Assembly: GCA_022424925.1 (NCBI GenBank)
Contig: JAKMGM010000007.1
Location: forward strand, 1 to 47,898
Length of the DNA: 47,898 nt
Source of the DNA: Candidatus Poseidoniaceae archaeon
GTDB taxonomy: Archaea; Thermoplasmatota; Poseidoniia; Poseidoniales; Poseidoniaceae
Reading direction: 5' to 3'
Shown: piece after piece, positions 1 through 7,548 of the stretch
Layout: each line of letters begins with the position of its first letter
Position numbering within the stretch: the stretch's first letter is position 1
Made by a program: the position numbers and the translations under genes
Notes under the pieces: model-generated
The model's input: only the letters and a program-made list of their open reading frames with translations
Told to the model about the DNA's origin: nothing
Databases searched by the model: none

Positions 1-722
1 AGTTGTTTTGACCAGTGCTCCCAGCGTTGTTTATCGTTGTCGGGAAGTGCCGTAAAGGGGGCACAGTGATTGCTGTCAAGGGGTGGTAATTCAATATCCA
101 TCGTTCGCTTCAAGATTTTGACTGGAAGTTTTTCTTTGAAATAATTCCATTCATACGGCCGGCAAGTCCAAACGACAGAAACGCCTAAACTTGATGCTTC
201 GATGAGAAATTTATTCCACTCATCCATCGTGTTTTTCGTTCCAGAAACCTCATCCAAGAGTAAAATATCCAACGTGTCGAGAATAATGAGTGGGGTCTTG
301 TTTTGGTGTTGAGCAGTGCGTGCAAAACCCTCCAGTGATGTTTCGTGTTCGGGTGCAATATCCGACAAGAGGGAACCTGAGTGAATGTTTTCCCACATCG
401 TCTGGTGGAGGGTAGATTCAGCCCTTTGAAATTCTGAAAACATCGGAAAAAAGGTCTCTTTGAACTTTTTACTGCCGCAGAGCATCGACGTAATGTTATG
501 GAGTTCCGTGGTTTTTCCAAGCGATGGATGGCCATGAAGCATAAGATTGAGGCTCTTACCTGGAATGGATTTAGACAGGTCTTTCAGAATTCGTGCGGCG
601 GTATATTTTTGAAAATTCTTGAGAACAATAGAACCGTTCGCTGTGAAACGCTCAATGCGAGGGAGAAGGGTTGTGTTCACAGAAATCCGTTGAGAAATGT
701 GCGCATAGATGTCATCTACCAT
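1..722 (-). CDS. P-loop NTPase, NACHT/STAND-like; N-terminal ~240 aa only, gene runs off the left edge
   Basis: It is absent from the ORF track because it has no stop codon inside the window. Hand translation of the minus strand from the ATG at 722..720 stays open to position 1: MVDDIYAHISQRIS...LMLHGHPSLGKTTELH...NKTPLIILDTLDILLLDE...GVSVVWTCRPYEW.... The Walker A (GxxxxGKT), the hhhhD Walker B followed by acidic residues, and a T-x-RP motif occur in the order typical of NACHT/STAND NTPases. The track ORF 185..535(-) is another frame of the same strand. Confidence 0.6.
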   Translation of the reverse strand, partial: MVDDIYAHISQRISVNTTLLPRIERFTANGSIVLKNFQKYTAARILKDLSKSIPGKSLNLMLHGHPSLGKTTELHNITSMLCGSKKFKETFFPMFSEFQRAESTLHQTMWENIHSGSLLSDIAPEHETSLEGFARTAQHQNKTPLIILDTLDILLLDEVSGTKNTMDEWNKFLIEASSLGVSVVWTCRPYEWNYFKEKLPVKILKRTMDIELPPLDSNHCAPFTALPDNDKQRWEHWSKQ

Positions 723-799
723 ATTCTCACCCCCGCATCACGAATTGACCGCTGAACTGCGTTCGCCTTGACGTTATATAAAAAGAGAAGGAATTGGTA

Positions 800-1735
800 T
801 TAGAAAAGCGAGGCAATTGATTCCAAAAGAGCACTCGGCGACCAAAGACCCAAAGGTACGCATGTCAAAGCGAGAACAGTAAAGACAGAAATCGTCGCAT
901 AAAACGCATTCTCGCTCCAATCCTTCACCTTTAGACCGTCGAGGGGGCCCCATGGAATCATGTTGAACAAACCAAGAGCGAGGTTTGCCCCAATCCAATA
1001 AGCGCCGGCATCAACGAGCATCTTTTGCCAAATCAGCTGCCCACCTACAACATACAACTGCCCAGTTGTGTCAACATCAAAGGCACCTGTCAAACCAAGG
1101 ATGACGCCCCAGAGAGGTATGCCGATGAGAAACAAGCCAAAATTAACCGCAGGCCCTGCCAAAGCAATATGGCCATTCTGTCTGCGAGTTACTAAGCCTG
1201 CCACCATAACCGCTCCTGGCGCCATAAATAAAAATCCGAGGAAAAAAGAAAGAAAAATTCCAAATCGTAGCCCTTTGGGATCTGCTCGAAATTCTGCCCA
1301 ACAACCGTTTTTCTTTGCAACGATCTTATGGCCTATTTCATGGAAAAGAAACGCTGGCCCAATGGCGAGTAAAAGAACCGGCATAGAAAGAAATAATTGA
1401 ACAAACCATGTGGTTGTACCCAAACGATCTGTTCCCCAAATGCCACCGACGGACATGAAACCGAGTGCGAGTGTAAAAGCAGCCATGGCCAAACCAAGAT
1501 GGCGCTTTTCTTCACTGCTAAAATGCCAAATTCCACCTGTATGTAGCGTTGCAGGTTGAGGTTGAGCCATTCCCATGAGCTGGGAAAAAAGTGGATTCAT
1601 CTGGGTGCGATTGTCGGTGTCAAAATGGATCGTACCGTCGGACGAGCGTCGTGCATGAACGCGATGAATACGTGGTTTCTGAGAGCGAAAGGGATCATCA
1701 TCGAGAATGTCGGCTCTCGAATCCCTCGCTGCCAT
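800..1735 (-). CDS. Site-2 protease, peptidase family M50 (intramembrane zinc metalloprotease)
   Basis: It has the HExxH motif (FHEIGHKIV) within a hydrophobic segment and the second S2P signature NMIPWGPLDG (NxxPxxxLDG). There are multiple predicted TM helices, and the start is an ATG. Confidence 0.85.
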   Translation of the reverse strand: MAARDSRADILDDDPFRSQKPRIHRVHARRSSDGTIHFDTDNRTQMNPLFSQLMGMAQPQPATLHTGGIWHFSSEEKRHLGLAMAAFTLALGFMSVGGIWGTDRLGTTTWFVQLFLSMPVLLLAIGPAFLFHEIGHKIVAKKNGCWAEFRADPKGLRFGIFLSFFLGFLFMAPGAVMVAGLVTRRQNGHIALAGPAVNFGLFLIGIPLWGVILGLTGAFDVDTTGQLYVVGGQLIWQKMLVDAGAYWIGANLALGLFNMIPWGPLDGLKVKDWSENAFYATISVFTVLALTCVPLGLWSPSALLESIASLF

Positions 1736-1818
1736 GGTGGTTACTCAAAGGAGATGGATTTGAAGCCTCGTATGCCAAGTTTCATTCCCGTGAGGTACTA
1801 CAGACGGTTGAGTCAGCC

Positions 1819-2508
1819 ATGTCGATGCCGCGTCGAGCAATGAAAGAAATGGGGTTTCAAGCATGCTGCCTCCGCTGCGATGCACCTGATGTCGCTGCTA
1901 CATCACGTTGCAAGAAATGTATATCGCGACATGCAACCATTCGTGATCTACTGGCTGATGTATCGCATGATGATTCCTTTTCACAGTTTGCAAAAGAGAT
2001 GTTATTGATGGCCGCCGAACCGCATCGGCACGATCATGATGGGGTTAATGGCCCGATACTCATCGAACAACAGCGGCTTGCGGCGCAACTTACAACCCAT
2101 GTTGAAAAACGAACGGTTGACGACATGTTTACGGTTTTTGATAACCAAAAGCAACGTCATAAGACCAATATCTTGCGAGATGTTGCGAATAAAAACGAAT
2201 GGAAGGACAAGCCACCCACAAAACAAGAACGGGACGCCATGGTCGAAGTGTTTGAGGAAAATGACCATTCAGATTACGGAGCTCGAACACTACCATCCCG
2301 TACTATTGCGAAGGTTGATCGGAGTGAGAGGGTTGGTGAAGATGTGGTTCTTACCGACCGCATAACAGCCGCTAAAAAGGCGAACGAGAAGCCTGTACAT
2401 ACACAAAAAGAAACGGAGAAGGTTGTGTTTGAAGGCCTCCAAAGTCAACGGAAGGAATGGAAAAAGGTGCTCTCAGAGGTCGATGATTTGTTGGATTTAG
2501 ACGAATAA
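1819..2508 (+). CDS. Hypothetical protein with N-terminal CxxC...CxxC zinc ribbon and a long charged tail
   Basis: The track ORF 1591..2508 overlaps the S2P gene on the other strand, so the first ATG clear of it (1819, MSMPRRAMKEMGFQACCLRCDAPDVAATSRCKKC) was taken as the start. I recognise no family. Confidence 0.45.
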   Translation: MSMPRRAMKEMGFQACCLRCDAPDVAATSRCKKCISRHATIRDLLADVSHDDSFSQFAKEMLLMAAEPHRHDHDGVNGPILIEQQRLAAQLTTHVEKRTVDDMFTVFDNQKQRHKTNILRDVANKNEWKDKPPTKQERDAMVEVFEENDHSDYGARTLPSRTIAKVDRSERVGEDVVLTDRITAAKKANEKPVHTQKETEKVVFEGLQSQRKEWKKVLSEVDDLLDLDE

Positions 2509-2526
2509 TTGTATTCTCGATAAATG

Positions 2527-2532
2527 TTTTTT
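2527..2532 (+). terminator. Oligo-T run in the 59-nt convergent gap; possible archaeal terminator
   Basis: A T6 run (tgttttttgt) lies 19 nt after the stop at 2508, and archaeal RNA polymerase terminates at oligo-T tracts. This is weak, sequence-only evidence. Confidence 0.25.
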
Positions 2533-2567
2533 GTAAGACTTGAATTATAATAGAATTATTATACCAA

Positions 2568-3335
2568 CTAGACTAGTTCATGGAAGGGTTGTGGGGTGAC
2601 ATTAGGTATCTGAAGTTCATAGGTCACCCGTTGTGTCCCCTTGCCTTTGGATTTCTTTCCGATAATGGCAATATGCCCGATTTCAGACAGGTTTTGAACA
2701 TGCGTGCCGGCACACGGACAAAGATCCAAGTCTTCACCGATTTGAACAACCCGAAGTTCAGTGACTGATGCGGGTAAAAGATCCATGTTGGTTCGTTCTG
2801 GAGGCATCCTTCCATTGACTTGTTGACGCGTCATCGTCGAATCAGTGACCTCGTGCTTGGCGTCTATGAGTGAATTAACCTGGTGTGTTACCTCATCAAG
2901 CATGTCTTGCGTGAAGGAAACTGGGGTGAAGTCAATGCGGGAACGGTCATGATGTATTTGGTTGCCTACAGTCCGAACACCATCAAACAGTTCGTACACT
3001 ACGCCCGAGACGAGGTGTTGCGCTGTGTGCATCCGCATGTGAGCATGGCGGCGCTCCCAGTTGATTGAGCCTCGAACCTCATCACCAACAGATAAAGTGT
3101 GATTGGCGTCAACCTTGTGTAAAATTGTACTGCGTCCACGAACCTCATGCACTTCTATGATTCCATTGGGTCCTTCTAGGGTGCCCGTATCCCAATTCTG
3201 TCCACCGCCAAGTGGATAAAACAGTGTCCGGTCAAGTGTGATTACATCGCCTTCTACAGCTTCAACATGAGCGTTGAAATCAGTGTAGTAGCCTGATTGG
3301 ATGCTGTCGAGGTACAAACGTTCGGTTGCCGCCAT
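2568..3335 (-). CDS. alaX: Alanyl-tRNA editing protein AlaX (tRNA synthetase second additional domain)
   Basis: The zinc-binding editing-site motifs HxxxH (MHTAQHLV) and CxxxH (CPCAGTHV) are present. At 255 aa it matches the AlaX-M size class. Confidence 0.85.
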   Translation of the reverse strand: MAATERLYLDSIQSGYYTDFNAHVEAVEGDVITLDRTLFYPLGGGQNWDTGTLEGPNGIIEVHEVRGRSTILHKVDANHTLSVGDEVRGSINWERRHAHMRMHTAQHLVSGVVYELFDGVRTVGNQIHHDRSRIDFTPVSFTQDMLDEVTHQVNSLIDAKHEVTDSTMTRQQVNGRMPPERTNMDLLPASVTELRVVQIGEDLDLCPCAGTHVQNLSEIGHIAIIGKKSKGKGTQRVTYELQIPNVTPQPFHELV

Positions 3336-3366
3336 GGAGATGCCTGTGAGTCATGTGCCATGAGGT

Positions 3367-4428
3367 TCATGCTTCGAGAGGGTCGCGCAGAATACCTTTG
3401 TCATCCATCACCAGTGAGGGTGTTTTCCAAGCATAATGCAGGGCAACTGTTGACTCCCATAGGGCTCGGAAAAAGCCTAATTCTTGGTATTGCCATCCAC
3501 GCTCTTCAGCGTATTCTTTGACAAGAGGTGCTGCTTTTGGCAGATTGAAATGCGAGAGGGCTGGAAGTAAATGGTGTTCTATTTGATAATCGAGACCGAC
3601 GAAGAAAAACGAACCAATAGGTCCGAACTTTATTCTGCGAGCGGTTTCAATTTGAAGGCGCCAATTTTTGTCGTATTCTGATATTATTGGACGTCCAGCA
3701 TGGCCGACAATGAAAATTGCCGTCAGGAAGGTACCGACAAGGCCCCACAAAAGGACGTAGAAACCTACAGTTGCCTGCCATGAAATTCCAAGAAGAATAG
3801 GTAAGGCCAGCCAGAGGAAGAAATGCAAAACAATCAACGAGGTGTCAAGAAGCCATATTTTGGTAAATCGCTTGTTTTTCTTCGATTTGAATGGTTTCGA
3901 TGCAATATATTTCAAGCCGTCAAAACGCATGAGGTGTCCCACAAGGAGCGAGATTGGCCAGAACGTCCAACCCTGAAGGTTGCGTTGGAAAAATCTGCGA
4001 ACTGGACCACTTGTCTTGTACTCCTCTTGGCTGAAGGTGAATGGCCATGAGTGGATGTCTGGATCTTTGTTGTGGACATTTGGATGGGCGTGGTGGTTCA
4101 CGTTGTGTTTTTCTCTCCAATATTCCATCGACAGTCCAGCGAACAGTGGAAAGACAATTGCAGCAAGAGATGTGTTTCCAATTTTTGACTTACAAGCTGA
4201 AGAGTGAACGCCTTCGTGTCCGGTCATGGCGAGTGTTGTTGAGAAGAGTGCAGTAAGTGGAATAAGGAGGAGGCCGAATTTGAGCGGGAGGTAGATATGT
4301 GCACTGTAAAGAGCAAAAACCGCAATAAAAAGTACGATGACTTTAGACCATGACTTCATTGTTGGTTTGTCCAACAAGTCCGCTTCTTTGAGTTTTTTTC
4401 GTAAGTCTGCCATTGGATGTTCAGCCAT
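3367..4428 (-). CDS. Membrane fatty-acid/acyl-lipid desaturase, front-end (DesD-like) type, no cytochrome b5 domain
   Basis: Three histidine boxes are present: HEGVH, HNVNHH, and a third box with Gln (GLDYQIEHHLLP), resembling the QIEHHLFP signature of front-end desaturases. Hydrophobic segments flank the boxes. Confidence 0.85.
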   Translation of the reverse strand: MAEHPMADLRKKLKEADLLDKPTMKSWSKVIVLFIAVFALYSAHIYLPLKFGLLLIPLTALFSTTLAMTGHEGVHSSACKSKIGNTSLAAIVFPLFAGLSMEYWREKHNVNHHAHPNVHNKDPDIHSWPFTFSQEEYKTSGPVRRFFQRNLQGWTFWPISLLVGHLMRFDGLKYIASKPFKSKKNKRFTKIWLLDTSLIVLHFFLWLALPILLGISWQATVGFYVLLWGLVGTFLTAIFIVGHAGRPIISEYDKNWRLQIETARRIKFGPIGSFFFVGLDYQIEHHLLPALSHFNLPKAAPLVKEYAEERGWQYQELGFFRALWESTVALHYAWKTPSLVMDDKGILRDPLEA

Positions 4429-4504
4429 ATCAATACCTCCTCAAGAGTGTTCTATGGTTGAGTGGCGGGGGTGGGGGGCTTTAAGGTGGTGTGTCTACGA
4501 ACAC

Positions 4505-5233
4505 CTAATTATCCAACTTAATCTGTTTTGCAACGCGCCGTCCCTCATTTATTTGTGCATCGATGTCTCTATTGAGGTGTTTTTGGGGCAGTGAACACTG
4601 AACAGTCTCGATCCATCCTCGTTTTGGCAACCAGTCGAAATTTTCTTGCCAAACTTCAGTGAGTCCTTCGTGTCGAGGGAGTGAATATATTTCAGAAGGT
4701 AAATCGAGGCAGTCGCTCTTTAATGCTGTTCCACCGTTCATTGGAATGAAGACGCCAAAACTTGGTACGACCTTCGATTCAAGTGAATCAATGTTGTGAA
4801 CCTTCGAGCCGGGTGCGATGTATGTCCATTGCCTGTCGTCAACCAAATATTTGCCTTCAACTTGTCCTGAACGTGCACGCCCAGCACCAATGAACTCTAT
4901 GAGAAAACCATCGTCTGTTGTGAAACTCTCACAAATTCTAGTTCGCGTTAAGATATCGACACCTTTCTGTGCAGCATGCGTTCCCAGGTGTTTCAAGACC
5001 CATTCAGAACGTAGCGTATAACCTGCTTCGAATGAGAAGGGTTGTAAAAAAGCAAGTTGTTCTGGGGTTAAATACGGTTCTAACACGTCTAAATCCCGTA
5101 TATGTCCTGGTGATACGCACGGAAGGCCGATTTCTGCATTTAATTCTACAACCGTAACATCATGCGTTTGACTAAGTTCAATAGCAGTAATCAGATTTGA
5201 TATTGTCCCACCAACAAGCACAACCGAATCCAA
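4505..5233 (-). CDS. Hypothetical Rossmann-like protein, degenerate geranylgeranyl-reductase/flavoprotein-like N-terminus
   Basis: The N-terminus DSVVLVGGTISNLITAIEL...VTVVELNAEIGLPC follows the beta-alpha-beta layout of FAD-dependent reductases, but the GxGxxG motif is degenerate (GGTISN). It has a TTG start 2 nt after the ferredoxin stop, suggesting translational coupling. At 242 aa it is much shorter than a true GGR. Confidence 0.45.
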   Translation of the reverse strand: MDSVVLVGGTISNLITAIELSQTHDVTVVELNAEIGLPCVSPGHIRDLDVLEPYLTPEQLAFLQPFSFEAGYTLRSEWVLKHLGTHAAQKGVDILTRTRICESFTTDDGFLIEFIGAGRARSGQVEGKYLVDDRQWTYIAPGSKVHNIDSLESKVVPSFGVFIPMNGGTALKSDCLDLPSEIYSLPRHEGLTEVWQENFDWLPKRGWIETVQCSLPQKHLNRDIDAQINEGRRVAKQIKLDN

Positions 5234-5235
5234 GT

Positions 5236-5439
5236 TTAGACCCCCTGGGGAACAATGTCAAGTGCGAACACGGGACATGATGGTATGCAAAGTTGACAGT
5301 GTGTGCAATTATCTTCATCAACAATGGCGAGTCGATCGACAAGCGTTAGTACGTTAACGGGGCATAGAGCAATACATGCTGCACAGCCAAAACAACGGTC
5401 TTCATCAACGATGAAAACATGATTATCTTGTCTTGGCAT
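5236..5439 (-). CDS. 2x[4Fe-4S] ferredoxin
   Basis: Two CxxCxxCxxxCP clusters are present (CFGCAACIALCP and CTHCQLCIPSCP) in a 67-aa protein with an ATG start. Confidence 0.85.
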   Translation of the reverse strand: MPRQDNHVFIVDEDRCFGCAACIALCPVNVLTLVDRLAIVDEDNCTHCQLCIPSCPVFALDIVPQGV

Positions 5440-5670
5440 GCTTGAACGATTCAGCGATGGTTCATTTTACCTTCGCTTGGACACACTGAAAAAAAGAGTT
5501 CCAGTGGTTTTGGTCTGCTTCCGAAAAATTATATTTTGTAGTTCAGCGAATACATTCACAAATGATTCGTCCAAAATTAGTTCTCGATTGGAAGCAATAT
5601 TGTAGATAGGGAATGAAAATAATGACACCAGGAGTAGACCCCTTCTTTTCCATTGGAGTTTTTTTCTCCA

Positions 5671-5715
5671 GTAAACGTAAGTGTGTCGTAGGTAGTGGAG
5701 TAGGTAAACGTAAGT
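5671..5715. repeat. Two copies of the 12-nt direct repeat GTAAACGTAAGT spaced 33 nt apart, with GTAGGTA also duplicated between them
   Basis: Read directly: copy 1 at 5671..5682 and copy 2 at 5704..5715. They lie inside the 430-bp AT-rich gap between the divergent ferredoxin and beta-CASP genes. Confidence 0.6.
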
Positions 5716-5879
5716 ATGCCCCGTAGAATATGGTCGCGACAAGCACTTAACTTCTTACATTCTAATTCAATGAAATCTTTGGATGAACATTCATTTTTCA
5801 TTCCAATGGAAACCATGGGGTGTATGCGCATTGAAGAATCAAGTTCAATACATGTGACAGTGAGCAATGTTTGAGGCAC

Positions 5880-7214
5880 ATGGTATTCTATTCTCCAGGT
5901 CGAACAACAACGTATCCTTCAGAACATCCAGAGAAAGGTATTCGCTACCATTATCTTGGTGGTGGTGATGAAGTAGGCAACGTTGGAATCGTTCTTGAAG
6001 ATGAGAGAAAAACCCGATTACTTCTCGACTATGGCCTCGCTCCGACGACACCACCAAGGTATCCATCAGAAGCTCCAGAAGTTCGAGATGCAGTCATTAC
6101 TCATTCCCATGTTGATCACTTAGGTATGGCTCCGTGGTTATGTGCAAACCACAGAACAAAACTTCACGGTACGGCACTAACTGCAGAAATATCTGAGTTG
6201 ATGTGGTATGATTGTCATAAAGTTAGTTCGATTGAAAAATATCCACTGGCTTGGGATAAACGTGACATCGACACTGCTCTCGACTCATGGAACATTCACG
6301 CCTTCAATGACCCGTGGATGAAAGAAGATTGGAAACTGGAACTCCACAAAGCAGGCCATATCCCAGGTGCAGCTATGCTTCACATTGAGACTCCAGAGAG
6401 AAAAATACTCTTATCAGGAGATTTCGATACTCGAGATTCTCCACTTACTCAGGGCGCAAAACCAGTGAAAACTGATACATTGTTCGTTGAAGGGACTTAC
6501 GGAGGTCGCAACCATCCATCTTTAGAGCAGGAAGAGTTACGATTTATCAACCACGTACAACGAGTCGTTGATCGTGGAGGTAAAGTTTTGATTCCTGCGT
6601 TTGCAAACGGTAGAACTCAGGATGTCGTCATGCGACTCTACAAGCATCTACCGCATCTAGACGTTCATGTAGATGGCATGGGTAAACGGATTGCTCGTAT
6701 GCAAATGAACCACCCAGATACGTTGCGAGACCCAGACGCTCTCAAGACGGCATGGGCATGGTGCCGACGGGTTTCCAGTAAATCGGATCGAAAAAAAGCG
6801 CTCAATGCCGACGTTATAGTTTCGACATCTGGAATGCTTCAAGGTGGTCCGTCCATATGGTATCTTAATCGACTTCGCCAAGATACGAAAAACGCAATAC
6901 TGTTCACAGGGTACCAAGCCTCGAACACCGGGGGTCGAAAATTACAAAATGAAGGAAAAATCAATATTTTCGGTAACGAGACGGACATATCACTTGAATG
7001 GGAATCGTATTCGTTTTCAACACACGCTGGGCAAAAGGAGATTGTAGATTTCGCTGCTGCCTGTGAAGCAGAAGAAGTGGTGGTGTACCACACAGACCCA
7101 TCCCACGCGCGCCCTCCACTTGTTGAAGAACTCGAAAAGAACGGTCATATTGTACACAATCCAGTGAACGGTATTTCCGAATACTTAGGTGAAGAATTTA
7201 GCCGAAGTAATTGA
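5880..7214 (+). CDS. Metallo-beta-lactamase / beta-CASP family ribonuclease (aCPSF2-like, no KH domains)
   Basis: The MBL motif 2 HSHVDHLG is present, with later Asp/His motifs (GHIPGAAM, LLSGDFD, STHAGQ). Its ~445 aa fits the short archaeal beta-CASP class. The track start at 5871 is TTG, so the ATG at 5880 was preferred. Confidence 0.8.
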   Translation: MVFYSPGRTTTYPSEHPEKGIRYHYLGGGDEVGNVGIVLEDERKTRLLLDYGLAPTTPPRYPSEAPEVRDAVITHSHVDHLGMAPWLCANHRTKLHGTALTAEISELMWYDCHKVSSIEKYPLAWDKRDIDTALDSWNIHAFNDPWMKEDWKLELHKAGHIPGAAMLHIETPERKILLSGDFDTRDSPLTQGAKPVKTDTLFVEGTYGGRNHPSLEQEELRFINHVQRVVDRGGKVLIPAFANGRTQDVVMRLYKHLPHLDVHVDGMGKRIARMQMNHPDTLRDPDALKTAWAWCRRVSSKSDRKKALNADVIVSTSGMLQGGPSIWYLNRLRQDTKNAILFTGYQASNTGGRKLQNEGKINIFGNETDISLEWESYSFSTHAGQKEIVDFAAACEAEEVVVYHTDPSHARPPLVEELEKNGHIVHNPVNGISEYLGEEFSRSN

Positions 7215-7245
7215 ATACAACAACACTGAGCGGTCGTTGATACCC

Positions 7246-7539
7246 ATGGCGGCAAAGGCACCAAAAGGCTCACAGCCCAAAAAGAGAAAGCGAAAAATGC
7301 GTCTCTCTTTGAAACAAAAAAAGATGAACGTCAAAGCGGACAAGTACACCGATTCTTTGGGCTGGTCTCAAGATGTTGGACGTACGCTTGGTGATGCGCC
7401 CAAAGCAGCAGCACCTGAAACGCTCAAAGTTCAGTGCGAGATGTGCGGCTCTATGTTGAAAATTCCAAAACCAAAGAAGGCTCGTTACACAGTTACGTGC
7501 GCATACGCCGAATGTGGGCACACAATGAACTTCGATTGA
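7246..7539 (+). CDS. Small basic protein with C-terminal zinc ribbon
   Basis: The sequence is MAAKAPKGSQPKKRKRKMRLSLKQKK...CEMCGSMLKIP...CAYAECGH. The Lys/Arg-rich N-terminus plus a CxxC...CxxxxCxH motif suggests nucleic-acid binding. The start was chosen as the first ATG after the beta-CASP stop. Confidence 0.45.
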   Translation: MAAKAPKGSQPKKRKRKMRLSLKQKKMNVKADKYTDSLGWSQDVGRTLGDAPKAAAPETLKVQCEMCGSMLKIPKPKKARYTVTCAYAECGHTMNFD

Positions 7540-7548
7540 GGTTAAAGA

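Noticed and set aside
185-535. Track ORF of 116 aa on the minus strand
   Set aside because: Its composition is implausible (Cys/Arg/Ser-rich). A different minus-strand frame across the same bases gives a clean P-loop NTPase that stays open from 722 to the window edge.
1591-1818. Upstream extension of the zinc-ribbon ORF (track start 1591)
   Set aside because: The extension overlaps the N-terminal coding region of the S2P gene on the opposite strand. It has a Cys/Arg-rich composition unlike the rest of the protein.
5467-5879. Three overlapping minus-strand ORFs (67-100 aa) in the AT-rich gap
   Set aside because: They are mutually exclusive frames with odd composition. Their peptide repeats (LTFT, HTYVY) are simply the translated DNA direct repeat. 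The region was kept as a finding rather than as genes.
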